Positions 8,435 to 17,759 of a stretch of DNA of 64,000 bases are shown one piece after another. Position 1 is the stretch's first letter; each line of letters opens with the position of its first letter. This DNA comes from Anaerolineales bacterium (GTDB taxonomy: Bacteria > Chloroflexota > Anaerolineae > Anaerolineales > Villigracilaceae). The notes under the pieces were generated by a model that was given only the letters and a program-made list of their open reading frames with translations, made no database searches and was not told the DNA's origin. The translations under genes were made by a program, and so were the position numbers. The DNA is taken from contig DATLZK010000024.1 of NCBI GenBank assembly GCA_035574015.1, positions 19,594 through 83,593 on the forward strand. The letters are read 5' to 3'.

Positions 8435-9648
8435 TCTATGGATGGGAGGGGAATACGCTTGGTTTTTCCTCTCTTTTCGAGGACATAATTGAAAGCATGG
8501 AGGTATTTCAAACAGGTGACTTCGGGACGCATCCGCTGGATGGATTGAAAATTATATTCTGCCTGCTGTCGCCGTCTTTCGGGGGAATCGAGCAAGAGGC
8601 GAAGTGCCGTACATAAGCTTTCGACGTTTCCTTTCTGAAAAAATTCGACGCACAAGCCACTTTCGACAGCCACTTTGTAAATTTCTTTCAAATCGGAGGC
8701 TACAACAGCGCGCCCCCACATGGCGGCCTGGTACAGCACAGACGATGAACCTGTCGAAGCCAAATAGGGCAGAACTACAATCTGCGCACGACGAAACAAC
8801 GACATCACGTTCTCCTCAGGAACCTGTCCAAGCCATTGCACGCGAGGCGTCCCATTGAAGCGCGCTTTCAAATCTCGCGCATAACCGGGAAAGCGCACAT
8901 GCTCTGCGCCGGCAATCGTCAGGCCCAATTGAGGATACTCCTCACACAATCTGTAAAAGGCTTCGAGCAACAATTCCAGACCTTTGAAAGGCGTGAGCGT
9001 CGTAAAGAACAACAACTCTTGTGAATCCGATTCGGGTAAAAAGTTCGGCTCATGATAGGCACCAAGGGGAATATGAACGCAATCTATCTTGCGTTTGCTG
9101 AGCCAGTCGGCGTAATAGCGCATGGTCAAACAGAGTAGATCCGCCTGCGCCGCGACGAGGGTCAAAAGCCGCGCGCCCCATGATGCAAACGGTCCGCCCG
9201 GCGCGCGCAAGAGGCGTAAATCGGACAGTTCAACCAGCTCATGCAATGTGACAACGGTGGGAATGCCCATACGCTGTGTAAACATTGGAAGAAACCAGCC
9301 CAACACATTTACCCATGGCGAGCGACCAAAGACGGACGCACCCAAATTGAACCAAACAAGATCGGGCTGCAAACGCATCACGCGGGACAAAATGGCCTGC
9401 GGCGCGTTAAACTGATCGGGCACCCAGCAATATTCGACTTCCGTTAAACCGAGATGATTAGGCGTTGTTCCGTACGGACATCCCCCTGCCAGCACAGTCA
9501 GGCGCGTGAACACGTTCGCTTGCGCCAGCGCACGTGTAACATAATAACCATATTGTCCAATACCAGTGATCGTCGGAGGAAACGGGCTGACAATGGCAAG
9601 ATGCATGAGGGGATTTGACAGAACCTCCCACAAGTTGTATAGTTTCAT
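8431..9648 (-). CDS. Glycosyltransferase, GT4 family
   Basis: 'HLAIVSPFPPTITGIGQYGYY' N-terminus and a C-terminal GT-B half ('VVLPYLASTGSSSVLYQAAMWGRAVVASD'). An alternative start is the ATG at 9606 (MHLAIV). Confidence 0.75.
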   Translation of the reverse strand: MKLYNLWEVLSNPLMHLAIVSPFPPTITGIGQYGYYVTRALAQANVFTRLTVLAGGCPYGTTPNHLGLTEVEYCWVPDQFNAPQAILSRVMRLQPDLVWFNLGASVFGRSPWVNVLGWFLPMFTQRMGIPTVVTLHELVELSDLRLLRAPGGPFASWGARLLTLVAAQADLLCLTMRYYADWLSKRKIDCVHIPLGAYHEPNFLPESDSQELLFFTTLTPFKGLELLLEAFYRLCEEYPQLGLTIAGAEHVRFPGYARDLKARFNGTPRVQWLGQVPEENVMSLFRRAQIVVLPYLASTGSSSVLYQAAMWGRAVVASDLKEIYKVAVESGLCVEFFQKGNVESLCTALRLLLDSPERRRQQAEYNFQSIQRMRPEVTCLKYLHAFNYVLEKRGKTKRIPLPSIE

Positions 9649-9706
9649 GAAATAGTACGCTTGACGTTAGTGGAACGGATTGGGCGCGCTCGATGATTCT
9701 TTGAAC

Positions 9707-10579
9707 ATGTTATCCCAGGCAATCTTACAAACGGTCATTTATTCGGATGTTTTCGATTATCCACTAACCGCGCTAGAAATTCATCGCTATCTTACAGGGG
9801 TCAAAGCATCTTACCCGGAAGTGCTCCAAGCACTGAAAGAACATCCGCTCATCCGGCAAAGCGGAGAATACTTCATCCTCCCTGGGCGTGAGGACCTCAT
9901 TGCCACGCGCCAACAGCGCGAAGCGCGTTCGCACCAATTGCTACCATCTGCAATCCGCTACGGGCGCATCCTGGGCTCCCTGCCGTTTGTGCGCATGGTC
10001 GCCTTGACCGGTTCGCTTGCAGTGATGAACGTCTCCGCAGATGCCGATTTCGATTACCTGCTAGTCACGCAAGCCGGCCGATTGTGGACAGCGCGCGCCT
10101 TCGCTGTCACATTCGGGCGCCTCATGCGTCCATTTAGGCATCGAATCTGTGTGAACCTGCTTCTCGCCGAAAGCGCGCTACATTGGTCTCAGCATGACCT
10201 CTATTCAGCGCGCGAGTTATGTCAGATGATTCCTATCACAGGGCTAGATGTGTATCAAAGGTTGATGGAAGCCAACGAATGGGCGCAGGCATTTTTACCG
10301 AATGCGTTTCCACCCAAACCCATAGCGAAAGAGAAGCAGGCTCTGGCACTCCAGGCCCTTCTCGAACTTCCCCTGCGCGGCGAACTCGGCGACCGCCTCG
10401 AGCGATGGTTAATGACCTACCAACTACGTCGCATCGCGCGCCACTGGGGAACAGGTGAGGAGACTGCCTTTGGTGCCAATATCTGTCAATCCAATTTTCA
10501 CAATCATCGCAGAGGAACGCAGGAAACATTCGAAAAGAAAATGAATGCCTTGCTCAGGCAGGCGAGGGTGAGAGAATGA
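9707..10579 (+). CDS. Hypothetical protein with a nucleotidyltransferase-fold-like motif
   Basis: 'LTGSLAVMNVSADADFDYLLV' fits the pol-beta NTase pattern G-S-x(9-13)-D-x-D. The N-terminus ('YPLTALEIHRYL') looks like a winged helix. Its stop overlaps the next start (ATGA). The track start at 9680 is a TTG. Confidence 0.55.
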   Translation: MLSQAILQTVIYSDVFDYPLTALEIHRYLTGVKASYPEVLQALKEHPLIRQSGEYFILPGREDLIATRQQREARSHQLLPSAIRYGRILGSLPFVRMVALTGSLAVMNVSADADFDYLLVTQAGRLWTARAFAVTFGRLMRPFRHRICVNLLLAESALHWSQHDLYSARELCQMIPITGLDVYQRLMEANEWAQAFLPNAFPPKPIAKEKQALALQALLELPLRGELGDRLERWLMTYQLRRIARHWGTGEETAFGANICQSNFHNHRRGTQETFEKKMNALLRQARVRE

Positions 10580-12021
10580 CTCAAATCCTCCTCGGTCAAT
10601 CCTACTATTTGCGTTTCGACCCCAAACTCTGGCGGGCGATGATGCCCTATCCGCCACTGGGTACACTCTACGCCGCGAGTTGGCTGCGTCAGCATGGATA
10701 TGAGGTCGCCATGTTCGATGCGATGCTGGCGGAATCAGAAGAGGAATGGGCAAAGGCTTTGGATGAACACAGGCCGCGCTACGCTGTTATCTATGAAGAT
10801 AACTTCAACTATCTTTCCAAGATGTGTCTGCTTCGGATGCGCGAAGCCGCGTTCAAGATGATCCGCATGGCAAAGGAGCGTGGATGCACGGTCATTCTGT
10901 GCGGTGCAGATGTAAGCGACCACTACGATAAATATCTCAAACAAGGCGCGGATTACTGTCTCATCGGCGAAGGGGAGGAAACGTTGCTCGAATTGCTGGA
11001 TCAACTTTCGGGTAAGAGAGAAGCGGGGCTTGACTCCATCCCTGGTCTCGCGTACCGATCTTCCCCGCACGCCTCCCATTCTTCAATCGCCTGCACCCCT
11101 CGCCGCCCCGATATTACAAACCTCGATAAACTCCCCTTCCCCGCCTGGGACCTTGTGGACATCGAGAAATATAAATCCATCTGGCTGAAGCGACACGGCT
11201 ATTTTTCGATGAATATGGTTACCACGCGCGGCTGTCCTTATCACTGTAACTGGTGTGCCAAGCCAATTTGGGGTCAGCGCTACAATTCGCGTTCGCCGGA
11301 AAATGTGGTCGCGGAGATGAAATGGATCAAGGAAACATACGCGCCCGATCACATCTGGTTTGCGGATGACATTTTGGGATTGAAGCCAGGCTGGATCGAA
11401 AAATTTGCCGCGCTGGTCAACGAAGCCGATGCGGTCATTCCGTTCAAATGTTTACAGCGTGCGGATTTAGTGAACGAGAAGATCGCCCGCGCCCTGGCAA
11501 AGGCAGGGTGTAAAACCGTTTGGATTGGCGCCGAGTCTGGCTCGCAAAAGATTCTAGATGCCATGGAGAAGGGCGATCAGGTAGAGGACATTTATCGCGC
11601 TACCGCGCTGTTGCATCAGAACGGAATCGAAGTGGGCTTCTTCTTGCAGTTCGGCTATCCCGGTGAAACCTGGGAGGACATTCAAAAGACTTTGAAGATG
11701 GTCCGCGAGTGCGCACCCGATGACATTGGCATCTCGGTCTCGTACCCGCTACCTGGCACGAAATTCTACGAGCGCGTCAAAATGGAATTAGGCGAAAAGC
11801 AAAACTGGATTGACTCGGAAGACTTAGCAATGCTTTATCGCGGTCCATTTCCAACAGCGTTTTACCGCGTCCTACATAAAAGAGTGCATCATGAATTTCG
11901 CCTGAGGCAGGCATGGCGCAAACGCGATTGGGGGAAAATTCCTCGAACGCCTTATTACCTGGCGGGTATGCTTCTCTCTGAAATCTCTTTGCGCACGTGG
12001 CTGACAAAGCCGGCTCTTTGA
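10576..12021 (+). CDS. B12-binding-domain radical SAM protein (class B rSAM)
   Basis: The N-terminal Rossmann-like B12 domain ('YPPLGTLYAASWLRQHGYEVAMFD') is followed by 'TTRGCPYHCNWCAKP', a CxxxCxxC 4Fe-4S motif. Confidence 0.9.
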   Translation: MTQILLGQSYYLRFDPKLWRAMMPYPPLGTLYAASWLRQHGYEVAMFDAMLAESEEEWAKALDEHRPRYAVIYEDNFNYLSKMCLLRMREAAFKMIRMAKERGCTVILCGADVSDHYDKYLKQGADYCLIGEGEETLLELLDQLSGKREAGLDSIPGLAYRSSPHASHSSIACTPRRPDITNLDKLPFPAWDLVDIEKYKSIWLKRHGYFSMNMVTTRGCPYHCNWCAKPIWGQRYNSRSPENVVAEMKWIKETYAPDHIWFADDILGLKPGWIEKFAALVNEADAVIPFKCLQRADLVNEKIARALAKAGCKTVWIGAESGSQKILDAMEKGDQVEDIYRATALLHQNGIEVGFFLQFGYPGETWEDIQKTLKMVRECAPDDIGISVSYPLPGTKFYERVKMELGEKQNWIDSEDLAMLYRGPFPTAFYRVLHKRVHHEFRLRQAWRKRDWGKIPRTPYYLAGMLLSEISLRTWLTKPAL

Positions 12022-13565
12022 TGAGTATGAAAGCTGATCTCTATCTGCGCGTGCGAGAAAAAGAAGGGCGTCTTTATTCGGATGATATTGTCGTACACCT
12101 GCCTTCAATTCCAGACGGGCATCCGCTTGCAAACGAATGGCGCGCGCGTTCTCTCTCCGCTTCGCGCCTGACCCGTTACCTGGCGCGCCGACCCCAGCCG
12201 CTCACCATCCTTGACCTGGGCTGTGGCAATGGCTGGCTTTCCCATCACCTAAGTCAAATCGGGGCACAGGTCATTGGCATGGATGTGAATCATTTCGAAT
12301 TGGCGCAGGCAGCGCGGGTGTTTTCATCGCGTTCCAATCTGCTCTTCCTCGAAGGGGACATCTTTTCCGCGCCTTTTCCTCCCGCAGTGTTCGATATCAT
12401 TGTGCTTGCCAGCGTCATTCAATACTTTCCCGACCTGAACCGCTTGCTCCATGCCTTACTCCCCTTTTTGAAACCCGATGGAGAAATTCACATCTTGGAT
12501 AGTCCCCTCTACCCTTCTCAAGAGGAAAGAGAGGCCGCCGTTCAACGCACGCGAAGGTACTACAGCGAGCTGGGCTTTCCTGAAATGAGCGAACAGTATT
12601 TTCATCACTGCCTGTCGGAACTAAACGGTTTTTCTGTGAGCCGTCTGTATCATCCTCGCTCCTTTTTAGCGCGCCTGAAGCGTGTGCTTCGAGTGACCGA
12701 TTCCCCTTTCCCCTGGCTGGTTGTCCGTCATCCGCAATTGCAAATTTCCCTCATCGCCGAAGCCTTCTCGCGTACGGCTGAAAAATACGATGCTTTCGCA
12801 GAAGACCATCCGCACCTGACGCGCATGAGGAACAAGGTGTACGCGCAGGTCGAACGCTTTGTTCCGAAAGGGGCGCACATTCTCGAATTGAATTGTGGCA
12901 CCGGCACAGATGCAATCGAGCTGGCGCGGCGCGGTTACCGCATCCACGCCCTGGATATTGCCCCTGGCATGTTAGCGCGCCTGGAGAAAAAAGTGTTGGG
13001 GTTTGGTTTGCAGGAACGCGTCACCTTTCAACAAGGTTCTTTCCTGGAATTGCATCATGTTCGCGGCGGTCCTTTCGACGCGGTCTTTTCCAACCTGGGA
13101 GGCCTCAACTGCATTCCCGATCTTTCGCCAGTCATTGCACAACTCCCAAGCCTGTTACGGCCAGGCGGAACGATTATCTGGACGTTGATGCCACACATCT
13201 GCCTATGGGAAATGGCTGAAGCCCTGCGCGGTCACTTCAAACTAGCATTTCGACGATGGACGCGCGGTGCTGTGCGCGCTCATCTCGAAGGGTTGTATTT
13301 CGACGTGTATTATTTTTCACCGCGTCAGGTCATTGCCTGGTTTGGAGAAGATTTTGAAACGCTTGCGCTCGAAGGTTTATCGGTCATCACCCCCACTGCC
13401 GAAAATAAGGACCTCGCCAAAAAATTCCCGGCGCTCTACCGCCTCCTCTGCTGGCTCGATGACCGATTGGCGCCGCGCTATCCCTGGCATGGCTGGGGTG
13501 ACTTCTTCATCCTCACACTGCGCTATCAGCCGAAACACGCTTTCTCTCCATCTCACCCGAAGTAA
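12021..13565 (+). CDS. Tandem (two-domain) class I SAM-dependent methyltransferase
   Basis: It carries two separate motif-I regions: 'ILDLGCGNGWLS' and 'ILELNCGTGTDAIELARRG'. The ATG at 12021 overlaps the rSAM stop (TGATG); the track start at 11997 is a GTG inside the rSAM gene. Confidence 0.85.
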   Translation: MSMKADLYLRVREKEGRLYSDDIVVHLPSIPDGHPLANEWRARSLSASRLTRYLARRPQPLTILDLGCGNGWLSHHLSQIGAQVIGMDVNHFELAQAARVFSSRSNLLFLEGDIFSAPFPPAVFDIIVLASVIQYFPDLNRLLHALLPFLKPDGEIHILDSPLYPSQEEREAAVQRTRRYYSELGFPEMSEQYFHHCLSELNGFSVSRLYHPRSFLARLKRVLRVTDSPFPWLVVRHPQLQISLIAEAFSRTAEKYDAFAEDHPHLTRMRNKVYAQVERFVPKGAHILELNCGTGTDAIELARRGYRIHALDIAPGMLARLEKKVLGFGLQERVTFQQGSFLELHHVRGGPFDAVFSNLGGLNCIPDLSPVIAQLPSLLRPGGTIIWTLMPHICLWEMAEALRGHFKLAFRRWTRGAVRAHLEGLYFDVYYFSPRQVIAWFGEDFETLALEGLSVITPTAENKDLAKKFPALYRLLCWLDDRLAPRYPWHGWGDFFILTLRYQPKHAFSPSHPK

Positions 13566-13607
13566 CTCAACTCTACAGGATTACGCTACAAGCAAAGGAA
13601 TCCGCGC

Positions 13608-14384
13608 ATGAGTTTCCCCAACTACCCTGAGAAGCATCAACTCGATTCGTTGCTGAGTGGAAACGAAATGATCGAGTTCCGCAACAGACTGGGACGCCTT
13701 CCCAAAATTGAACCACCCGAGGCACTTCTCCTTTGTCTGCATCGCGGCTTGCCCGAAAGAATGCGCTGGAGGATCCCGATCCGATATGTGGGACGCATGA
13801 TGGGCGATTTGTACCTTGTCAAAAAGACCAACCGGCGTGTGGCTGTGCTAACTAACTTCGGCATCGGAGCGCCGGTGGTCACTGCACTGGCTGAGGAGTT
13901 TATTGCCTGGGGAGTAAGGCAAATCGTTTCGATCTCATGGGGTGGGGGGATCTCCGCCGAATTACAGGCGGGGGACATCGTAATTTGCGGACGCGCTCTC
14001 CGCGACGAGGGAACATCCCATCATTATTTGCCCTCCGGAAAGTATGTAGAGGCAAGCCAGAGACTCGTAAATCGTTTGAGCGAAGCATTGCAAGCACGAA
14101 ATGTTCCTTTCCACATAGGCACAACATGGACAACCGATGCTCCCTATCGCGAGACGCGCGAGGAAGTGAAACAATATCAATCCGAAGGCATCAAGACTGT
14201 GGAAATGGAAATCGCCGCCCTCTATGCACTGGGTCAGGTACGCCGCGTAGAAGCGGCATCAATCGTCGTTGTCGGCGATAGCCTTGCCAAACTTCGCTGG
14301 CAGGCGCCTGCAGATGTGCGTCCCATCGAGCGTTCACTCGAAATGGTTTACCGCGCTGCCATTGACGCACTAAACAATGCTTGA
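13608..14384 (+). CDS. Nucleoside phosphorylase, PNP_UDP_1 family (uridine phosphorylase / nucleosidase-like)
   Basis: 'NFGIGAPVVTALAEEFIAWG', 'GDIVICGRALRDEGTSHHY', 'WTTDAPYRETREE' and 'VEMEIAALYALG' follow the family-1 phosphorylase pattern. Confidence 0.8.
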   Translation: MSFPNYPEKHQLDSLLSGNEMIEFRNRLGRLPKIEPPEALLLCLHRGLPERMRWRIPIRYVGRMMGDLYLVKKTNRRVAVLTNFGIGAPVVTALAEEFIAWGVRQIVSISWGGGISAELQAGDIVICGRALRDEGTSHHYLPSGKYVEASQRLVNRLSEALQARNVPFHIGTTWTTDAPYRETREEVKQYQSEGIKTVEMEIAALYALGQVRRVEAASIVVVGDSLAKLRWQAPADVRPIERSLEMVYRAAIDALNNA

Positions 14385-14441
14385 GGCAATCAATCTTTCG
14401 TAAGTGGCTAATGATTTGTAATGAAGAGAGGAGAGATATTT

Positions 14442-15239
14442 ATGTGGAGACCAATCTGCCTCCTTACCTTTTTTCTCCTCGTAACTGCCTGTGCCAATGT
14501 CCCTTCAGCGATGCAAACGCCGCCATCCTTCACACAGACAGCATCGCCAGAAAAGACATCTGAAGACCTCGGGGGGGCATTCCGTGAGGAATGGGATAAA
14601 TTGATTGAAGAGATCAAAGCGCAGGGCATACAAAACTCGGATGTCCTGCGTGCCATGCGAACCGTCCCCCGCCATAAATTTGTGCTTCCCGAATATCTTG
14701 ATCAGGCTTATGAAAATCATCCTCTTCCCATCGGCTATGGGCAGACCATTTCACAACCGTTTATCGTTGCGTGGATGACCGAACTACTGGAATTGCAACC
14801 CGGCGAAAAGGTGTTGGAAATCGGTACAGGGTCAGGTTATCAAGCCGCTGTCCTTGCCGAATTAGGATATGTGGAGATATACAGCGTTGAGATTATCCCT
14901 GAATTGGCAGAACGCTCGGCGGCGTTGTTGAAGGAATTGGGATATGATGAAGTTCGCGTCAAACAAGGTGATGGGTATTACGGTTGGGCTGAACATGCTC
15001 CCTTCGATGCGATTCTCGTGACCGCCGCGCCGGATCATCTTCCCGGACCCCTTGTTGATCAATTGGCAGAGGGCGGGCGAATTGTCATCCCCATCGGTCC
15101 ACCGGGCTGGTATCAGAGTTTGTGGAAGTTTGTCAAAGAGAACGGGGATTTGAAAGCATATAATCTCGGCGGCGTAATGTTCGTGCCACTTACCGGTCCC
15201 GGCGTCGAAACGCATCATGGCGAGCCGCCGGTGCCATGA
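14442..15239 (+). CDS. pcm: Protein-L-isoaspartate O-methyltransferase with an N-terminal lipoprotein-like signal
   Basis: 'GYGQTISQPFIVAWMTE' and 'VLEIGTGSGYQAAVLA' are Pcm motifs. The N-terminus is 'MWRPICLLTFFLLVTAC' (lipobox V-T-A-C). The ATG at 14442 is preceded by GGAGAG. Confidence 0.9.
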   Translation: MWRPICLLTFFLLVTACANVPSAMQTPPSFTQTASPEKTSEDLGGAFREEWDKLIEEIKAQGIQNSDVLRAMRTVPRHKFVLPEYLDQAYENHPLPIGYGQTISQPFIVAWMTELLELQPGEKVLEIGTGSGYQAAVLAELGYVEIYSVEIIPELAERSAALLKELGYDEVRVKQGDGYYGWAEHAPFDAILVTAAPDHLPGPLVDQLAEGGRIVIPIGPPGWYQSLWKFVKENGDLKAYNLGGVMFVPLTGPGVETHHGEPPVP

Positions 15240-17664
15240 TCCACGCGCCCGCGTAGCAAAGCGCGCCAATCTTCAACACCCAACTAAACCCAAACGTCAG
15301 AGCCAGCAGCGCGGCAAAGATGGATGAAACAACGGACATTGCACCGTTCACTGCCCACACCCACGAGATGCTTTCGTCCTGCGCTTCGTTTTCGACGCCC
15401 GCGGCTTGGTCCCGTTTTATCAGGCGAATCCCGGCCGGAAACGGGATGCCCATCAAAAAGCCAAGCGGCGAGAGGACGAGGAGGGTCAGACCAAGCCGAA
15501 GGGTCAGAGGCAGGCCCAAGGTCAAAGCGAAGAAGCGGGGAAGCAAAGCAAGAGAGAGAAGTATGAGGATAACGAGAATGGCGAGCGAGGGACGAAGTGG
15601 GACGCGGTCGCTCCATCTGCTGCCCAACCCAGAGAAGAAGAGCAAGGAGAATAAGACCACAGTGAAAGCATAGGCGGGATTACCGAGATAGAGAATGAAA
15701 CGTTGAAGAAGAGGGATTTCAACTAAAAGAAAGGCAAGCCCCAATAAACCAAAATAAACAAGATTGTGAAGCCGAAAAGGTGAGAAGGCACGGCGCTGTG
15801 ACCGTTTGAACATTGCTACAGGAAAAAGGATGAGCCCAGCCGCAAGAAGAATGGCAAGCACAAGCAATGCGACCACCACAAAATATCCCGCGCCACCAAA
15901 AGGCTGCCATGCTCGGCCAAATTCAGCAATGACCTGTGGTGCCTGCGCCCATTTGAAATAATGTCCAAAAAACGGATGATCATCGGTGGGCGGGCGGATG
16001 TCGTAATCGTATTCGTCATAGAATTTTTCGCGCGGGCTTGTCTCGAGCAGATTGAGGTATGTCTGGTAATACTTCGATTCGGGCAGAATGTTGTATTGAT
16101 TCGTTTCTGCGGGGTGAACATTGGGCGCATAAGTAAGGTCAAACGCACGTTCGGCAAGGAAAGCGCGCAGGGAGACTAATTCATCGTTCGAGAATGCACC
16201 GTTTTTGAGAAGGATGGTTGCCGTGTTGAAGCCACGAAATGCAACGAGTTGTTCGCGCGGATTAACATCCTTCCTTTCCAATGCCGTGACTGCAAGTGCA
16301 AAGAGTCGCAAATCTTCACTGGGAGGGTCTTGCAACCAACGCGTGGCAATCAGCAATCCACCAGGGGTGAGATGCGAAAGCGCGTCGGTGAACGCCTCGA
16401 CCGTGTAGCGATAGTCTTCCATAAGGGTGTACGCGCCGGAGCGCACGGGATGAAACGATGAGGTAAGGGAAAGCACAATCACATCATATTTTGCTTGCGT
16501 GCGGTGAAGGAAACTTCTCTCGGACTCGACATGAACTTCTACGCGCGGGTCTTTGTAAATCGGCACAGCCTCGACGATGAGCGGGTTGATTTCAACGGCT
16601 GTGATTTCTCCCGAACTCAGCGCGAGCGCGGTGAAAATGTCCAAGCCGCCGCGCGGTTCGAGAATCAATGTGCGGGCATTGGGGCGGAGATGAAATGCGA
16701 GAGAAGTGGGGAGGTAGGAGGCGAAGGTGGGGGGAGAGGGTTGAGGGGATTGGGGGGATTGGGAGAATTGGGAGGATTGGAGGATTGGGCTGAGGTCGTC
16801 GCCATCTATGAACAGACCATCCAATGGCGGAAGGGGCTGCAGGTAACGATAACTGAGTCCAGGTATGGAATGTATCGCTTCACTACGTACGACATCCACA
16901 CGTGAGAAGGCATTCCACCGACGGTGAATGACCTGCGCACCGGGGTATTGCAGGGCATAGGAAAGGCTCTTATATGGAGAAATGCGGAGTTCGAGAAAAC
17001 CAAAAGAGGGATTGTCGGTAAAACGTAAGCCGAGGTCGAGAAGGGAAAAAAAGAGCAAAGCAGAGGTCGCAAGAAAAAGAAAAGTGGGAGATCGGAGGGG
17101 AAAAGAGGTAATTAGCCCCGCCAGCAGAGCAAGCGCGAGGCTCAAGGTCACCATGCCCTCCGCGCCGAGATAGGGAGGTGTAAACAGCGCGATGACACAT
17201 CCCACCGCCGCGCCAAACAGGTTGATTGCATAAGTCGTTCCAGCAGAGTGAGGGAAGATGTTCAATAAAAACCCAAGTGCCATGCCGCTGAAGAAGAATG
17301 GCGCAGCGAGGGCAATATAGTGCAAGGTGAGAATCCAAACCTGACGGCGATCCCAGGCAATACTGAACGAGTCAAAGGGTAAATGATTGACCAGCAAGTA
17401 AGCAGTCAGAATGCTGACGCCCATTGCAAATCCCAATTGACCCAAACGCATTTTTGGATCTCCCTTTCGGAGCGCAGGGAAGAGCGTCAAGGCAGTACCA
17501 CTGGCGCCAAAACCTAAAAGGGCGATACTGACAATCATGAAGGCGAAGTGATAAAACTGCGCGACAGAAAAAAGCCGGGTCAGGTTGATTTCAAATGTCA
17601 GCGTTGCTGCGGAGAGGAGGAATAGGCTCAATAAAATACTGCGCGTTCCATTTGTCAATTTCAT
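15190..17664 (-). CDS. Spermidine synthase-like (aminopropyltransferase-fold) protein embedded between two multi-TM membrane domains
   Basis: 'LTFEINLTRLFSVAQFYHFAFMIVSIALLGFG' is the N-terminal membrane module. The central part has a class I MTase/spermidine synthase-like fold ('TLILEPRGGLDIFTALA...EITAVEINP', 'YDVIVLSL'). The C-terminus has six or more TM segments. The start is the ATG at 17664 (MKLTNG); the longer ORF to 17871 translates a dispersed repeat. Confidence 0.8.
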   Translation of the reverse strand: MKLTNGTRSILLSLFLLSAATLTFEINLTRLFSVAQFYHFAFMIVSIALLGFGASGTALTLFPALRKGDPKMRLGQLGFAMGVSILTAYLLVNHLPFDSFSIAWDRRQVWILTLHYIALAAPFFFSGMALGFLLNIFPHSAGTTYAINLFGAAVGCVIALFTPPYLGAEGMVTLSLALALLAGLITSFPLRSPTFLFLATSALLFFSLLDLGLRFTDNPSFGFLELRISPYKSLSYALQYPGAQVIHRRWNAFSRVDVVRSEAIHSIPGLSYRYLQPLPPLDGLFIDGDDLSPILQSSQFSQSPQSPQPSPPTFASYLPTSLAFHLRPNARTLILEPRGGLDIFTALALSSGEITAVEINPLIVEAVPIYKDPRVEVHVESERSFLHRTQAKYDVIVLSLTSSFHPVRSGAYTLMEDYRYTVEAFTDALSHLTPGGLLIATRWLQDPPSEDLRLFALAVTALERKDVNPREQLVAFRGFNTATILLKNGAFSNDELVSLRAFLAERAFDLTYAPNVHPAETNQYNILPESKYYQTYLNLLETSPREKFYDEYDYDIRPPTDDHPFFGHYFKWAQAPQVIAEFGRAWQPFGGAGYFVVVALLVLAILLAAGLILFPVAMFKRSQRRAFSPFRLHNLVYFGLLGLAFLLVEIPLLQRFILYLGNPAYAFTVVLFSLLFFSGLGSRWSDRVPLRPSLAILVILILLSLALLPRFFALTLGLPLTLRLGLTLLVLSPLGFLMGIPFPAGIRLIKRDQAAGVENEAQDESISWVWAVNGAMSVVSSIFAALLALTFGFSWVLKIGALCYAGAWIMAPAARHDAFRRRDR
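16745..16790 (-). repeat. Short tandem repeat (five units of about 8-9 nt, CCAATYC core on the coding strand) inside the spermidine-synthase-like gene
   Basis: The plus strand reads 'GGGGATTGGGGGGATTGGGAGAATTGGGAGGATTGGAGGATTGGG' and encodes 'SQFSQSPQSPQPSPP'. Confidence 0.8.
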
Positions 17665-17759
17665 CTTGTCTCTCCTGCTTCGCGAGAGAGTTGATTCCAG
17701 TTTAACACAGGCGGATTCCTGCTTCAATAAAATCTGCGATGTGCTCTGTTGAGAAGATA

